Shown in pieces: positions 27,527 through 37,400 of a stretch of 43,864 nucleotides of DNA. A program made the position numbers and the translations under genes. Below the pieces are notes generated by a model. The model was given only the letters and a program-made list of their open reading frames with translations. It ran no database searches and had not been told where the DNA came from. The stretch's first letter is position 1. The number at the start of each line of letters is the position of its first letter. The stretch is from the sequence record SRR31156797_1270; one strand, given 5' to 3'.

Positions 27527-29527
27527 CTAGTTCAACCCTTTTAAATACTGGTTATTATTTGTTCCTTTAATTAATGAATTCAATGAATCTGTTTCTTTTT
27601 GACCCAGACTTTCAACGAACCCATGAATAAGCTCGAGTTTGGACACCGATACCCGTGTATGAGTTGGGATATTGCGTAAATCCACCATCACATCGGTATA
27701 TAAGTTACCGACATCATTCAAAACATCCAGATTCAGGAAGTTCTCATTGGCATATAAGCAGTTATAGCTACTGCGTGCTTTATGAATCACGTGCGAACGG
27801 TCTTTGAGGCTGATAATCGAAGCCGTTTTATCACAACGCTTTAAACAGCCTTTATTCATTCTCTGCTTCTTGCAACTGATACTCTGAGCAATCAGACACT
27901 GGCGACTGGTCATCAAGTGAATTGGATGATAAATGCTGTAGAACAGCTTAAAGCCTGAAGGTCTGGCTAGTCGCCTCATCTGTGTTGCATTTAGCTCGTT
28001 CGAAATAAACGCGCCAACACCGTTTAATTCCCTTTGCACACACTGCACTGCTAAAGAGTTAGTGATATTTAGTTGTGGTCCGGCTACCCAATCAATTGCA
28101 AGGTTCCTAGCAACTTCTGCAATACCCAGATTGTTAGTGATTATGTAGTGCGGTTGTATCTGTTTAAGCAAAGATACAGCAGCCTGATAATGCTCGCCGA
28201 TTAACACCGGGGGAAAATAAGGCACGAGTGTTGGATTCTGAGTGAAGATGTCTGAGATCTCATCGATTTGCAGTGCCAATGCATCAGGGATTTGGTAGAA
28301 AAACTCCACACCTTCAACTTGTTCAATTAACGCTAAATCAACAGGTTCAGAAATGAGTACTGAAAAGTTAGGTGGGGAGCTTAAAATAGGGTTATCACTA
28401 GACTTTGGCAATGGTAAATCAATAACCTCACCACTCCCTTTTAGACTGCGGTGAGCTTTAGGAGTGACTTGCATAGATTGCGTAATAGCATCGACTTTAT
28501 TGATAATACTGGTATTTCGGTCATATACGAACTGCTTAGCCTGTTTGAAAATGCTCTCCTGGTTCCCCTCTTCCTCAGATAATTTTGCAATATGTGTGGC
28601 AGCAAAGTTTCTTGGGTTATCGATGTACATGCCCTGGTGAATATCACCTTTCAGATACCCATTAGTGAAATCGCGATTAAACACCGAATACAGTTCAGTC
28701 ATATCTTTCAGTGAGCTACCCGTGAGACAGAACTGATCAATCTGCTTACGCCAATTGTCGACCACGGTATACACGTAATGGGATTTTTTAATTCGCCCTT
28801 CGATTTTAAGTGAGTGAACTCCTGCCGCAGCCAACGCTTCCATATCTTGAAAAGCAGAGTTATCTTTCATGTTAAGCGGATAATCATTCCCAGCAGCCGT
28901 CTTTTTATATTGCTCGCGACAAGGCTGACTGCAACGTCCACGGTTCCCGGAAGCGCCATTCAACTCTGAGCTGAAATAGCACAAACCGGAAAAACCAATG
29001 CAGTATGAACCATGGACAAACACTTCCATTAAGACATTATGTTGATGCCCAAACTGAGCCAGATGAGTAATTTCATCGATATTCAATTCACGGGATAAAT
29101 TGACCCGGCTTGCTCCGAGCTTACCAAGCAAAGCGATTTGCCCTTCATTGTGGGTGTTCATCTGTGTAGAGGCATGCATATCTAAAGACGGGAAATGATG
29201 TTTAATGATATAGGCTAAACCAAGATCTTGAACAATAACGCCATCGACTTCTGTAGCTTCCAACTGTTTAAGTAAACGAATAATCGAAGCAATCTCACTT
29301 TCCAGAACTACGATGTTGAGTGTGAGAAAGATTTTACATTGATGCTGATGAGCCAAAGAGATAACGCCTTCAAGTACATCAAGCGTGATGTTCGTTGCGC
29401 GATTACGAGCATTGAAACGATCAAGTCCGCAATAAACAGCATCTGCACCTGCAACTATCGCTGCTTTAATCGAATCTAGATCACCACCAGGGGCAAGCAA
29501 CTCAAACTGTTCTTTTGTATAACCCAA
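27527..29527 (-). CDS. U32 'peptidase' family Fe-S protein (RlhA-like, probable O2-independent RNA hydroxylase)
   Basis: ELLAPGG, GADAVYCG, FNAR, HASTQ, LSREL, E-VFVHG, CX6CX15CX3C (C176-C203), LKIEGR; TTG start. Confidence 0.85.
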   Translation of the reverse strand: MGYTKEQFELLAPGGDLDSIKAAIVAGADAVYCGLDRFNARNRATNITLDVLEGVISLAHQHQCKIFLTLNIVVLESEIASIIRLLKQLEATEVDGVIVQDLGLAYIIKHHFPSLDMHASTQMNTHNEGQIALLGKLGASRVNLSRELNIDEITHLAQFGHQHNVLMEVFVHGSYCIGFSGLCYFSSELNGASGNRGRCSQPCREQYKKTAAGNDYPLNMKDNSAFQDMEALAAAGVHSLKIEGRIKKSHYVYTVVDNWRKQIDQFCLTGSSLKDMTELYSVFNRDFTNGYLKGDIHQGMYIDNPRNFAATHIAKLSEEEGNQESIFKQAKQFVYDRNTSIINKVDAITQSMQVTPKAHRSLKGSGEVIDLPLPKSSDNPILSSPPNFSVLISEPVDLALIEQVEGVEFFYQIPDALALQIDEISDIFTQNPTLVPYFPPVLIGEHYQAAVSLLKQIQPHYIITNNLGIAEVARNLAIDWVAGPQLNITNSLAVQCVQRELNGVGAFISNELNATQMRRLARPSGFKLFYSIYHPIHLMTSRQCLIAQSISCKKQRMNKGCLKRCDKTASIISLKDRSHVIHKARSSYNCLYANENFLNLDVLNDVGNLYTDVMVDLRNIPTHTRVSVSKLELIHGFVESLGQKETDSLNSLIKGTNNNQYLKGLN

Positions 29528-29562
29528 ACCGTACTACTCTTTTACTCAAACTTAAGCAACGC

Positions 29563-29603
29563 AGTATAGCGACATTGGTCACAAATCCTTTGATATAGCT
29601 CAG
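29563..29603 (-). promoter_or_regulatory. Candidate FNR-dependent class II promoter of the U32 gene
   Basis: TTGAT-ATAG-CTCAG (29590-29603; 8/10 to TTGAT-N4-ATCAA), 21 nt upstream of minus-strand -10 TATACT (29568-29563). Confidence 0.45.
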
Positions 29604-29762
29604 CTCGTCACTAACTATTAATAGGAAAGTTGCTGTTTGGATAAACAACTGTTAACAAAGAACCAAATTGTCTCTTGATTCATTTAACAAATTGCTCTAA
29701 TTATGAGTATTACGACTAGTACATACGAACTAAAATTTTTCAAACACCCAGAGTTGGCCCAG

Positions 29763-30317
29763 ATGAACAATAACTTTATTAAAGCTCTGTTACTTCCTCT
29801 AGTATTACTGTTTGTCGGATGCTCAAGTTACACCGTAACTGAAAGAGACATGACAGATTACCTACATGAGAACGTGAGTTTTGAGCAGTCTGTAGGAATC
29901 GAAAACGTAATGCATGCGTTCGTTTCTATTCACAATATGGAAGTCAATATTGGTAGAGCGGATATGGATCGAGTATCAGTACTCGCAAACACAAGTGCTA
30001 AGGTACAGGTTTGGAATCAACCAGAGAAGAAACTGGAACTGGACCTAGAATTTAGTGCAATTCCATACTACGACAAACAAAGTGGCGAAATTTTCCTGAA
30101 GTCACTGCGTTTAGAACGCTTCGAAGAAGAGAGCCAATTACTCACACCAGAGATTAAAAGGCTACTTAAGCCTGCGGTTTCTATGATTGGTTCGGCACTC
30201 TCGCAGTACCCGGTATACAAGCTTGATAGCAACAAAGTTAAAGAGGCTCTTATTAAATCTGCGGAGCCAAACTTGGTTATCAAAGATCATAAACTAGTAA
30301 TAGAACTGTTTGATTAG
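29763..30317 (+). CDS. yceB: DUF1439/YceB-family lipoprotein
   Basis: Start re-called at ATG 29763: signal MNNNFIKALLLPLVLLFVG-C lipobox; FSAIPYYD..GEIFLKSLRL and PVYKLD motifs. Confidence 0.8.
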   Translation: MNNNFIKALLLPLVLLFVGCSSYTVTERDMTDYLHENVSFEQSVGIENVMHAFVSIHNMEVNIGRADMDRVSVLANTSAKVQVWNQPEKKLELDLEFSAIPYYDKQSGEIFLKSLRLERFEEESQLLTPEIKRLLKPAVSMIGSALSQYPVYKLDSNKVKEALIKSAEPNLVIKDHKLVIELFD

Positions 30318-30391
30318 TATATTAGTTGTAAATAATAAGTTTAATAACTGTATTTTCCGCCTTTTATAAGTTGTTTGGGAGTTGTAGGCAG

Positions 30392-31870
30392 ATGGAAAGA
30401 GCCGTTACCTCAGCCTTTAAAGTAGCGTTGACTTACGCGGTCTTCGCGACGCTTTGGATTTTGTTTTCAGATCTCGCCGTCGAAACACTTCTCGACTCTC
30501 CAAGCATGCAAGCCATCGCTCAAACTTATAAAGGCATCGCATTTGTCGTTATTACGGCACTATTGCTATTAGGTTTAGTGGTAAAAAGCAACAACGCTTT
30601 GGAAAAAGCCAACGACATGGATAGCCTAACTGGCCTGCACAGTTTGACCCTATTCGTTCGCACATTAAACCAGACAATTAGACAGCTTAAACCCGATGAG
30701 CAACTGCTTCTTGGTTACTTAGATATTGATGACTTTCGTAGAATTAATGAGTCATTGGGTTATGAGAAGGCTGACCAATTCCTAAAAGAGCTCGCTCAAC
30801 AAATCAGTGATACCCTACTCCCCGGTTCATTTGCCTCAAGACTGCATGCCGATCAGTTTGCTAGCTTCTCCAGGATCACTGATGATTATGATATGGATGA
30901 GCATATGCTGGACATCCAACGTTTGTACAACAAACTATCCAGAGCTTACGGCATGGATTCGACTTGTTGTATCAGTGTGGCAATATATCCACAAGATGGC
31001 TATTCAGCCAAAGAGCTGATGGTCTCAGCTACTGAGGCTTTAAGTATTGCGAAAAAGAAGAAAAACGCCATTCAATATCATGATAAAGCACTCACCGAAA
31101 AAGCCCTGCAACGGCGTCAGTTAACCGTAGATCTTCGTAAAGCTATCGACAATGAAGACCTAACCATTGTTTACCAGCCTAAGTACAACCTTAAAACCTT
31201 AGAAACAACCGGCGTTGAAGTGTTGGTTCGTTGGGAGCACCCAACCAAAGGGTTCATTGCCCCCGACATCTTTATCCCTCTGGCAGAAAATCATGAGCTA
31301 ACAAGCGGAATTTCAATGTTGGTTGTAAGAAAAATTGCTGAAGAGCTTGGAAGCACTGAGCTGTTAGGAAGTAAAATTAAAAGTGTGGCAATGAACGTTT
31401 CCGCAACTGAATTTAATGCGGATCAAGAGATGTACAAACTCGTTGATTACATTAAAAGTTATGAACGTATTGCGCCATACATGAACATCGAGATTACCGA
31501 AACGGCAACACTTGACGACATGGCCAAGAGCGTCGAAATCATTTCGTCACTACAAAAAAATGGGATATCTATCTCTATCGATGATTTTGGTACGGGCTAT
31601 ACCTCATTAACCATGCTTAAAGAGTTGACGATTGATGAGATTAAAATTGACCGCAGTTATATCTCTGAAGTTGAAACGGATAGCCGATCTAAAACCATCG
31701 TCAGTGCAATTATTGCCATGAGTGAAAGCTTTGGCATTAACCTCGTTGCCGAAGGTATTGAAACGGAACAACAGCTAAAAATTCTGCAACAGATGGGCTG
31801 CCAACAAGCTCAAGGGTATTATCTCGGTAGACCGATGAAGCTAGAAGATCTAGTCAAACATATTGGTTAA
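30392..31870 (+). CDS. Membrane-anchored degenerate-GGDEF/EAL protein, probable c-di-GMP phosphodiesterase
   Basis: Two N-terminal TM; GGDEF replaced by HADQF; EAL domain with EVLVRW, N, EITE, DDFGTGY, KIDR, EGIE, QGY. Start likely ATG 30392. Confidence 0.85.
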   Translation: MERAVTSAFKVALTYAVFATLWILFSDLAVETLLDSPSMQAIAQTYKGIAFVVITALLLLGLVVKSNNALEKANDMDSLTGLHSLTLFVRTLNQTIRQLKPDEQLLLGYLDIDDFRRINESLGYEKADQFLKELAQQISDTLLPGSFASRLHADQFASFSRITDDYDMDEHMLDIQRLYNKLSRAYGMDSTCCISVAIYPQDGYSAKELMVSATEALSIAKKKKNAIQYHDKALTEKALQRRQLTVDLRKAIDNEDLTIVYQPKYNLKTLETTGVEVLVRWEHPTKGFIAPDIFIPLAENHELTSGISMLVVRKIAEELGSTELLGSKIKSVAMNVSATEFNADQEMYKLVDYIKSYERIAPYMNIEITETATLDDMAKSVEIISSLQKNGISISIDDFGTGYTSLTMLKELTIDEIKIDRSYISEVETDSRSKTIVSAIIAMSESFGINLVAEGIETEQQLKILQQMGCQQAQGYYLGRPMKLEDLVKHIG

Positions 31871-31904
31871 CCTCCAGCTCCCATAACCCAATCTTGCTCC
31901 AAAA

Positions 31905-31937
31905 ATCAGCATAATATGGCCCTCATATTATGCTGAT
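31905..31937 (+). terminator. Perfect 14-bp hairpin after the EAL gene
   Basis: ATCAGCATAATATG-gccct-CATATTATGCTGAT. Confidence 0.6.
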
Positions 31938-32100
31938 GATCTTTATCCAACCATATACAACCAGTTGAACTGTGTAGTCAATCGCAATGCCATCAAAACA
32001 ACCATTTTGTTGTAGAGCAAATTGATAACATCCTATCTGAGGATCACTATTTAGTTAATTATTACAATATCTTATAAAAATCAGGTAAGGATATAACGAT

Positions 32101-33750
32101 ATGCTCATCAACAGACTTACACTAAGAGCTCAGTTGCTTATCACGGTTGCTATTCCCTGTTTAGCCCTAATTTTGGTTGAAATCCACGGCTTAAGTGCAA
32201 TGCGTTCAATAGGCATGAAAACCGAGCACATGTATCAAAACACTGCATCACCAATGCGCGCAATCGCCGAAACAGCGTCAAGAATACCGAGAATGAGAGT
32301 TGGTATAGACATGATGCTACTGCAAGAAACAGCCCTTAAGGATAAAAAAGGGATCAAAACTCGAGTAGAAGAAGCCCGTACCGAAGATATTCCAGAAATG
32401 CGACAAGCTCTAAAAGCTGCTATTGAGGCACAAGCAAACCCGGAGCTTAAGGAGCGAGTGCAAAAGCTCTCTGATACCTTTGAGCTTGTGGTCAGTAATG
32501 AACTCACTCCTATGCTCAATGCTTTAGAACAAAACAATATGGCTGTTGCTCAGACTATCTACAAAGATAAGTACGCCAAAAGCTACGGAGTAATGAGAAA
32601 AGAAGCCAACGCTATTTTGGATACGATATTACTCCAAGCCGAACAGCAAAATCAGTTGAGTCGAGAAGAATACTTTTCAAGCAGACAAATTCAAATTGCG
32701 ATCATGAGTTCTGGATTACTGATCTCATTTGTTGTGTCATCACTGATTATTTTCAACTTAAGAAAACGTGTTGCAAACCTGCGTGAAACCATTTCTTCAG
32801 CATCTAAAAGCTTGGATTTAAGTACACGTGTGAATGTCTCTGGCCAAGATGAACTCACTAGCATTGCTCGTAGCTTTAACCAGTTTATCGAAAAAATTCA
32901 TACCTCAATTAATCAGGTAGCGGATAACTCACGTGAGCTATCTTCAATGGCACACGACGTATCACAGCGAGCAGATTTAACCCTAAGTAATTGTACCTCT
33001 CAACGTGACCGAACGGTGCAAGTTGCTACAGCAATGCATCAGCTTGGAGAGACAGTTAATGAAATCGCCACCAATGCATCTCAAGCCGCAGACGCAGCAA
33101 ATAGTGCTACCCACCAATCTAATGACGGCAGTAACGTCGTGATTCAAGCAACTGAACAAATTGGCGAGTTATCAACCGAATTAGAGCAAGCGACAGACAT
33201 TATTGAATCACTGGCTAAACAAGTCGATGATATCAGTATGACGCTCGATACGATTCGTAACATCTCTGAGCAAACCAACCTGTTGGCGCTTAACGCTGCG
33301 ATTGAGGCTGCCAGAGCGGGTGAACAAGGCCGCGGGTTTGCTGTTGTTGCAGATGAAGTAAGAACATTGGCCAGTCGTTCAGCTCATTCAACAGAGGACA
33401 TTCAGCAAATTATCGATAAACTACAGACGGAATCTAAACGAGCAGTCGCCGCGATGGAGAAAGGACGTTTGCAAAGCAACCATGTGGTGGAGTATGCCAA
33501 CAAGGCCACGGAATCACTGGAACAAATCAGCAGCCATGTTTCTCACATCAGTACTCAGAACATTCAAGTTGCAACCGCTACTGAAGAACAATCTAGTGTT
33601 GTGGTTAATATCAATGGCAACCTAGAATCAATAAACCAACTCACCACGGAGACTGCCGATATTGCCCAGCAGCTCAATGAGTCAAGTACGAGCTTACAGA
33701 AGCTCTCAACGGATCTGGATAAGCTTGTGGGTTACTTCAAATTGAAGTGA
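32101..33750 (+). CDS. Methyl-accepting chemotaxis protein (2 TM, four-helix-bundle-type sensor, HAMP)
   Basis: [35 protein letters not shown] signalling hairpin; [15 protein letters not shown]. Confidence 0.95.
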   Translation: MLINRLTLRAQLLITVAIPCLALILVEIHGLSAMRSIGMKTEHMYQNTASPMRAIAETASRIPRMRVGIDMMLLQETALKDKKGIKTRVEEARTEDIPEMRQALKAAIEAQANPELKERVQKLSDTFELVVSNELTPMLNALEQNNMAVAQTIYKDKYAKSYGVMRKEANAILDTILLQAEQQNQLSREEYFSSRQIQIAIMSSGLLISFVVSSLIIFNLRKRVANLRETISSASKSLDLSTRVNVSGQDELTSIARSFNQFIEKIHTSINQVADNSRELSSMAHDVSQRADLTLSNCTSQRDRTVQVATAMHQLGETVNEIATNASQAADAANSATHQSNDGSNVVIQATEQIGELSTELEQATDIIESLAKQVDDISMTLDTIRNISEQTNLLALNAAIEAARAGEQGRGFAVVADEVRTLASRSAHSTEDIQQIIDKLQTESKRAVAAMEKGRLQSNHVVEYANKATESLEQISSHVSHISTQNIQVATATEEQSSVVVNINGNLESINQLTTETADIAQQLNESSTSLQKLSTDLDKLVGYFKLK

Positions 33751-33771
33751 TTTAAACCATTTAAATTGTTT

Positions 33772-33826
33772 AAGCCATTACTGTTAGCGAGTCGACAAAC
33801 CTAGACACACTCAGTAATGGCTTTTT
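33772..33826 (+). terminator. Terminator-like stem with a 28-nt loop after the MCP gene
   Basis: AAGCCATTACTG...CAGTAATGGCTT followed by TTT. Confidence 0.65.
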
Positions 33827-33920
33827 ACATTAAATTATTGTTAAGCAAGTAATAACTGCATTGATAATAGCCCTTACATGAGATAATTATGACGTTCAAT
33901 TTCAGGGAAATTCATTCTGC

Positions 33921-35060
33921 ATGCTTACAATTTTTAAAACCTTCTTCTGGCTTGGCTGGATCAGTTTTGGCGGCCCAGCTGCTCATATCGGCTATTTTCG
34001 TCAAACTTTCGTTGAGAAACTGAAGTGGCTTAGTGACAGTGAGTATGCTCAAATTGTCGCGCTAAGCCAGTTTTTACCTGGCCCCGGCTCTAGCCAAGTA
34101 GGATTCGCAGTGGGATACAAACACGGGGGGATGCTAGGAGCATGCGCCGCGTTCATTGGCTTTACCCTGCCCTCCGTCATCATTATGGTCGCGCTAGCGA
34201 TATTGAGCAGCCAGATTACCGATAGCACGGTGTTCCACAACATCATTCATGGATTAAAGCTACTTGCTGTGGTTGTTGTCGCAGATGCAACTTGGGGAAT
34301 GTACAAGAACTTCTGTACAACCAAAATTTCTAATGCTTTAGCACTGATCACCGCCGCAGCCCTATTGGTGCTACCTAGCATTACTACTCAGATGTTCGTT
34401 TTGGTGATCGCTGGTTTGATTGGTATTCGCTACTTGGGTCATTCCGAGACGCAGCAAAATGAACCTTTTAAACCCAGCCTGCTGCCGCTCATTCTATTTG
34501 CCGTGTTGCTATTCATTGTTCCACTGTTTACATCTCAATTTGCCGTGATACAGCTATTCAATGACTTCTTCCAAGCCGGTAGCTTAGTCTTTGGGGGCGG
34601 TCATGTTGTACTTCCGCTACTGCAAAACTTAGTCGGTGATCAACTGAGTCAGGATGTATTTTTAACCGGCTATGCGGCAGCGCAAGCGGTACCCGGCCCA
34701 ATGTTTACCTTCGCAACTTACATCGGTTATTCACTGATGCCATCAGCACCAATTACCGGAGCGATTGTGGCCACTATCGCAGTGTTCTTACCGGGCTTCT
34801 TATTGTTACTTGGGGTACTAAAAAACTGGCAATCTTTGGCACAAAAACCGGCTATTTCAGGTGCAGTTAACGGTGTCAACGCTGCTGTGGTTGGTTTACT
34901 CGCAGCAGCACTTTACCAACCGGTTTTCAGCAGCGCGGTCACCAACAGTGTCGATATCGCTTTGGTCCTTGTTGGTTTCTATCTACTTAAACAATTGAAA
35001 CTGCCAATCGTTGCGATTGTACTTTTCTACATAGCAGCTGGACTAGCAACAGGGCTGTAA
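33921..35060 (+). CDS. chrA: Chromate ion transporter (long-chain CHR family)
   Basis: SFGGPAAHIG, SQFLPGPGSSQ, and the repeated half VFGGGHVVLP...AQAVPGP. Confidence 0.92.
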   Translation: MLTIFKTFFWLGWISFGGPAAHIGYFRQTFVEKLKWLSDSEYAQIVALSQFLPGPGSSQVGFAVGYKHGGMLGACAAFIGFTLPSVIIMVALAILSSQITDSTVFHNIIHGLKLLAVVVVADATWGMYKNFCTTKISNALALITAAALLVLPSITTQMFVLVIAGLIGIRYLGHSETQQNEPFKPSLLPLILFAVLLFIVPLFTSQFAVIQLFNDFFQAGSLVFGGGHVVLPLLQNLVGDQLSQDVFLTGYAAAQAVPGPMFTFATYIGYSLMPSAPITGAIVATIAVFLPGFLLLLGVLKNWQSLAQKPAISGAVNGVNAAVVGLLAAALYQPVFSSAVTNSVDIALVLVGFYLLKQLKLPIVAIVLFYIAAGLATGL

Positions 35061-35097
35061 CGCTTTAGCTAGCCAACTACCCGTTCCCACGCAACAT

Positions 35098-35126
35098 ACT
35101 AGGTTTTGGTTAATCCAAAACCTAGT
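35098..35126. terminator. Hairpin between convergent chrA and PLP deaminase genes
   Basis: ACTAGGTTTTGG-ttaat-CCAAAACCTAGT, perfect 12-bp stem. Confidence 0.65.
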
Positions 35127-36379
35127 TAGAAAAACGTGTGATATTTATCAACAACATTAAAATCTTCATCCAACACATTAATTTCACGCCATTTGTCGAA
35201 AGTTAGGCATGGATGAGATGTACCAAAACTAATGATATCCCCAACATTGAGTTGCCCGCTAAAACTCATAAACGCATGCTGATCCATGACTTCCGTAACT
35301 TTCCAGTCTTGCGGAGCAGCTATTGGATGGGCACTCCCTGGCACATAATGTCGAACTGGCTTGGGCAATCCAGCATCAAACGCGGCATCTCGCTTTCCAA
35401 ACCCTATAATTGCAGCTCCAGGCTCAGGAATAGACTGAACATAAGCCCACAGCTCCAGGCAAGAACTCAGTTTCCCAGAGATACAAGAAGCTTTAGAATT
35501 GCGCAGCAGTACCTGTTGCTGAGCTTGTTCGTAAATACCCAAATCATGCGTCACATAACAACCGGGCCGAATAACAGGAACAACCGACTCGGCAAAGTTT
35601 GCTTTTTCAATTTCATCGCTCACCACATCATACCAAGCAGAGCCCGCGCCAGAAAAAATAGCCGCTCGCTCACCCAGCAAGCTCTGGAATGGCTGAGACT
35701 GAAACTTGCCTATCGCTTGTTGAATAAAGCTTCTGACATCTTTTTCAGCATCATCTGAATGAATCACGCCCTCATAAAACTCTATTCCTGATAAATTGAG
35801 ATGAGGTAGCTCTTTAACAGTATCGAGCAACTGAAAGAATTGCTGTTCCGTTCGACAACCACAACGCCCATGCTCAACACCCAGTTCAATCAACACATTC
35901 AGCGTCTGCTGTTTCTGTTCAAAAAAAGCATTTAAATAGTGAGCGTTTTCTTCACTGTCGATAACACAATAAAACTCGACGTCCGCATTTAATTGTAGCG
36001 CGGATACCAGCTCGCAATTGGCTTTACCGACAAGTTGATTCGCCATAATAATGCGGCTTATACCCGTATTAAAAGCCGTATGCGCTTGAATCGGATTAGC
36101 AACGGTCAACCCCCAAGCACCCGCTTGGTGCTGCAAACGGAAGATCTCTGGCGTCATGGATGTTTTACCATGTGGTGCCAAGTTAACCTGATATGCATCT
36201 GCAAAATCTTGCATCCACTTAATGTTCATTAACAATTTTTGTCTGTTTATCGTTAAGCTAGGTAGACAAACATCTTCGTTCAAAATACTCGGTAAAACCG
36301 TGCCGGTATCAAGGCAAAATCCCTTCTCGACACCTTCAACCCCTGAATGATAGTTTCTATCACAATTTAATCTAGACAT
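35126..36379 (-). CDS. Fold-type III PLP enzyme, D-serine-deaminase-like/D-glucosaminate ammonia-lyase (OngC-like)
   Basis: LAPHGKT (PLP Lys), RIIMANQL, GRCGCR, FYEG, GAGS, RPGCYV, GKRD, MDQH, SHPCLTFDKW. Start at ATG 36379 (GGAGG RBS). Confidence 0.85.
   Translation of the reverse strand: MSRLNCDRNYHSGVEGVEKGFCLDTGTVLPSILNEDVCLPSLTINRQKLLMNIKWMQDFADAYQVNLAPHGKTSMTPEIFRLQHQAGAWGLTVANPIQAHTAFNTGISRIIMANQLVGKANCELVSALQLNADVEFYCVIDSEENAHYLNAFFEQKQQTLNVLIELGVEHGRCGCRTEQQFFQLLDTVKELPHLNLSGIEFYEGVIHSDDAEKDVRSFIQQAIGKFQSQPFQSLLGERAAIFSGAGSAWYDVVSDEIEKANFAESVVPVIRPGCYVTHDLGIYEQAQQQVLLRNSKASCISGKLSSCLELWAYVQSIPEPGAAIIGFGKRDAAFDAGLPKPVRHYVPGSAHPIAAPQDWKVTEVMDQHAFMSFSGQLNVGDIISFGTSHPCLTFDKWREINVLDEDFNVVDKYHTFF
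36348..36362. promoter_or_regulatory. Candidate RpiR-regulator operator O2 (inside the 5' end of the deaminase gene)
   Basis: Perfect 6-3-6 palindrome TGATAG-TTT-CTATCA. Confidence 0.55.
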
Positions 36380-36441
36380 AAGAACCAACCTCCAAATTAG
36401 TACTAAAACCAGTCAATAAGTATAAATTTACACCTCATTTG

Positions 36442-36456
36442 TGTTAGAAACTATCA
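36442..36456. promoter_or_regulatory. Candidate RpiR-regulator operator O1
   Basis: TGTTAG-AAA-CTATCA, same motif with one mismatch. Confidence 0.55.
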
Positions 36457-36471
36457 CACAAAGATATTATT

Positions 36472-36487
36472 TGTGACTCCGATCACT
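36472..36487. promoter_or_regulatory. Candidate CRP site
   Basis: TGTGA-CTCCGA-TCACT (9/10) in AT-rich flanks. Confidence 0.65.
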
Positions 36488-36539
36488 TTAAAGTAACAAA
36501 AAGGTTAATAGATTAATATGCAAAGAATGAGGACTAAAA

Positions 36540-37400
36540 ATGATAACGCATGTAGATATTGTATCGAGAATTTATGAAGCGTTGCCGTCGCTAAGAGATG
36601 CAGAAAAGAAAGTCGCGTTAACCATTACCGACGATTTAGCTTTTAGTGCTGGGGCTAGCATTACCGAATTAGCGAAAAAAGCAGATGTCAGTGAAGCAAC
36701 TATTACCCGTTTTGCGAAATCAGTGGGCTGTAAAGACGTCAGAGATTTGAAAGTGAAGCTGGCTCAATGCAGTACTTTAGGTCAACGATTTGTCGATAAG
36801 CCGGTGTTATCTGATACCGCTAACCTTTTTGCTGCCATTCATCAAATGTTAGACGTGCACCAAGGTTTGATTTGTGAAGAGACCATCGAAAAAGTTATCG
36901 AACTTTTTTGGCAAGCAAGACAAGTTGTCGTATTTGGTAGTGGCGGCACATCCAGCATGTTAGCAATGGAAGCTCAAAACCGCTTCTTCCGGTTAGGTTA
37001 CTCCTGTATTGCTCACAGCGACTGTTTAATGGGCAGAATGGCAGCCTCTGTCGTCCAGCCTACTGATATTTTGGTGGTATTTTCTATCACAGGTAGAACA
37101 CCGGAAGTCATCGATATCGTGGACATCGCAAAGCAGTACGGGGCTAAAGTGGTTGCGTTTACTCATGCAGACTCACCACTTGCTGAGATGTCTGACTACG
37201 TATTTAAGATTGAAACCAGCGAAGGAGATGACATTTTCCGCCCTACGACATCGCGATATGCATTGCTGGCACAACTGGATGTATTTGCCATGAAGCTCGC
37301 TCATTCGCGAGAGACATTGGTTAAGGAAAACTTAAGGCGGATAAAGCTTAACCTCGATATACATAGAGGTGGTAGTGAACGTCAGCCACTGGGAGATTAA
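36540..37400 (+). CDS. MurR/RpiR-family transcriptional regulator (OngR-like)
   Basis: HTH SITELAKKADVSEATITRFAKSVG; SIS domain FGSGGTS, FSITG, SPLA. Confidence 0.92.
   Translation: MITHVDIVSRIYEALPSLRDAEKKVALTITDDLAFSAGASITELAKKADVSEATITRFAKSVGCKDVRDLKVKLAQCSTLGQRFVDKPVLSDTANLFAAIHQMLDVHQGLICEETIEKVIELFWQARQVVVFGSGGTSSMLAMEAQNRFFRLGYSCIAHSDCLMGRMAASVVQPTDILVVFSITGRTPEVIDIVDIAKQYGAKVVAFTHADSPLAEMSDYVFKIETSEGDDIFRPTTSRYALLAQLDVFAMKLAHSRETLVKENLRRIKLNLDIHRGGSERQPLGD

Noticed and set aside
27527-29527. Annotation as collagenase/protease
   Set aside because: Legacy U32 label; the Cys motif fits Fe-S hydroxylation proteins and there is no signal peptide.
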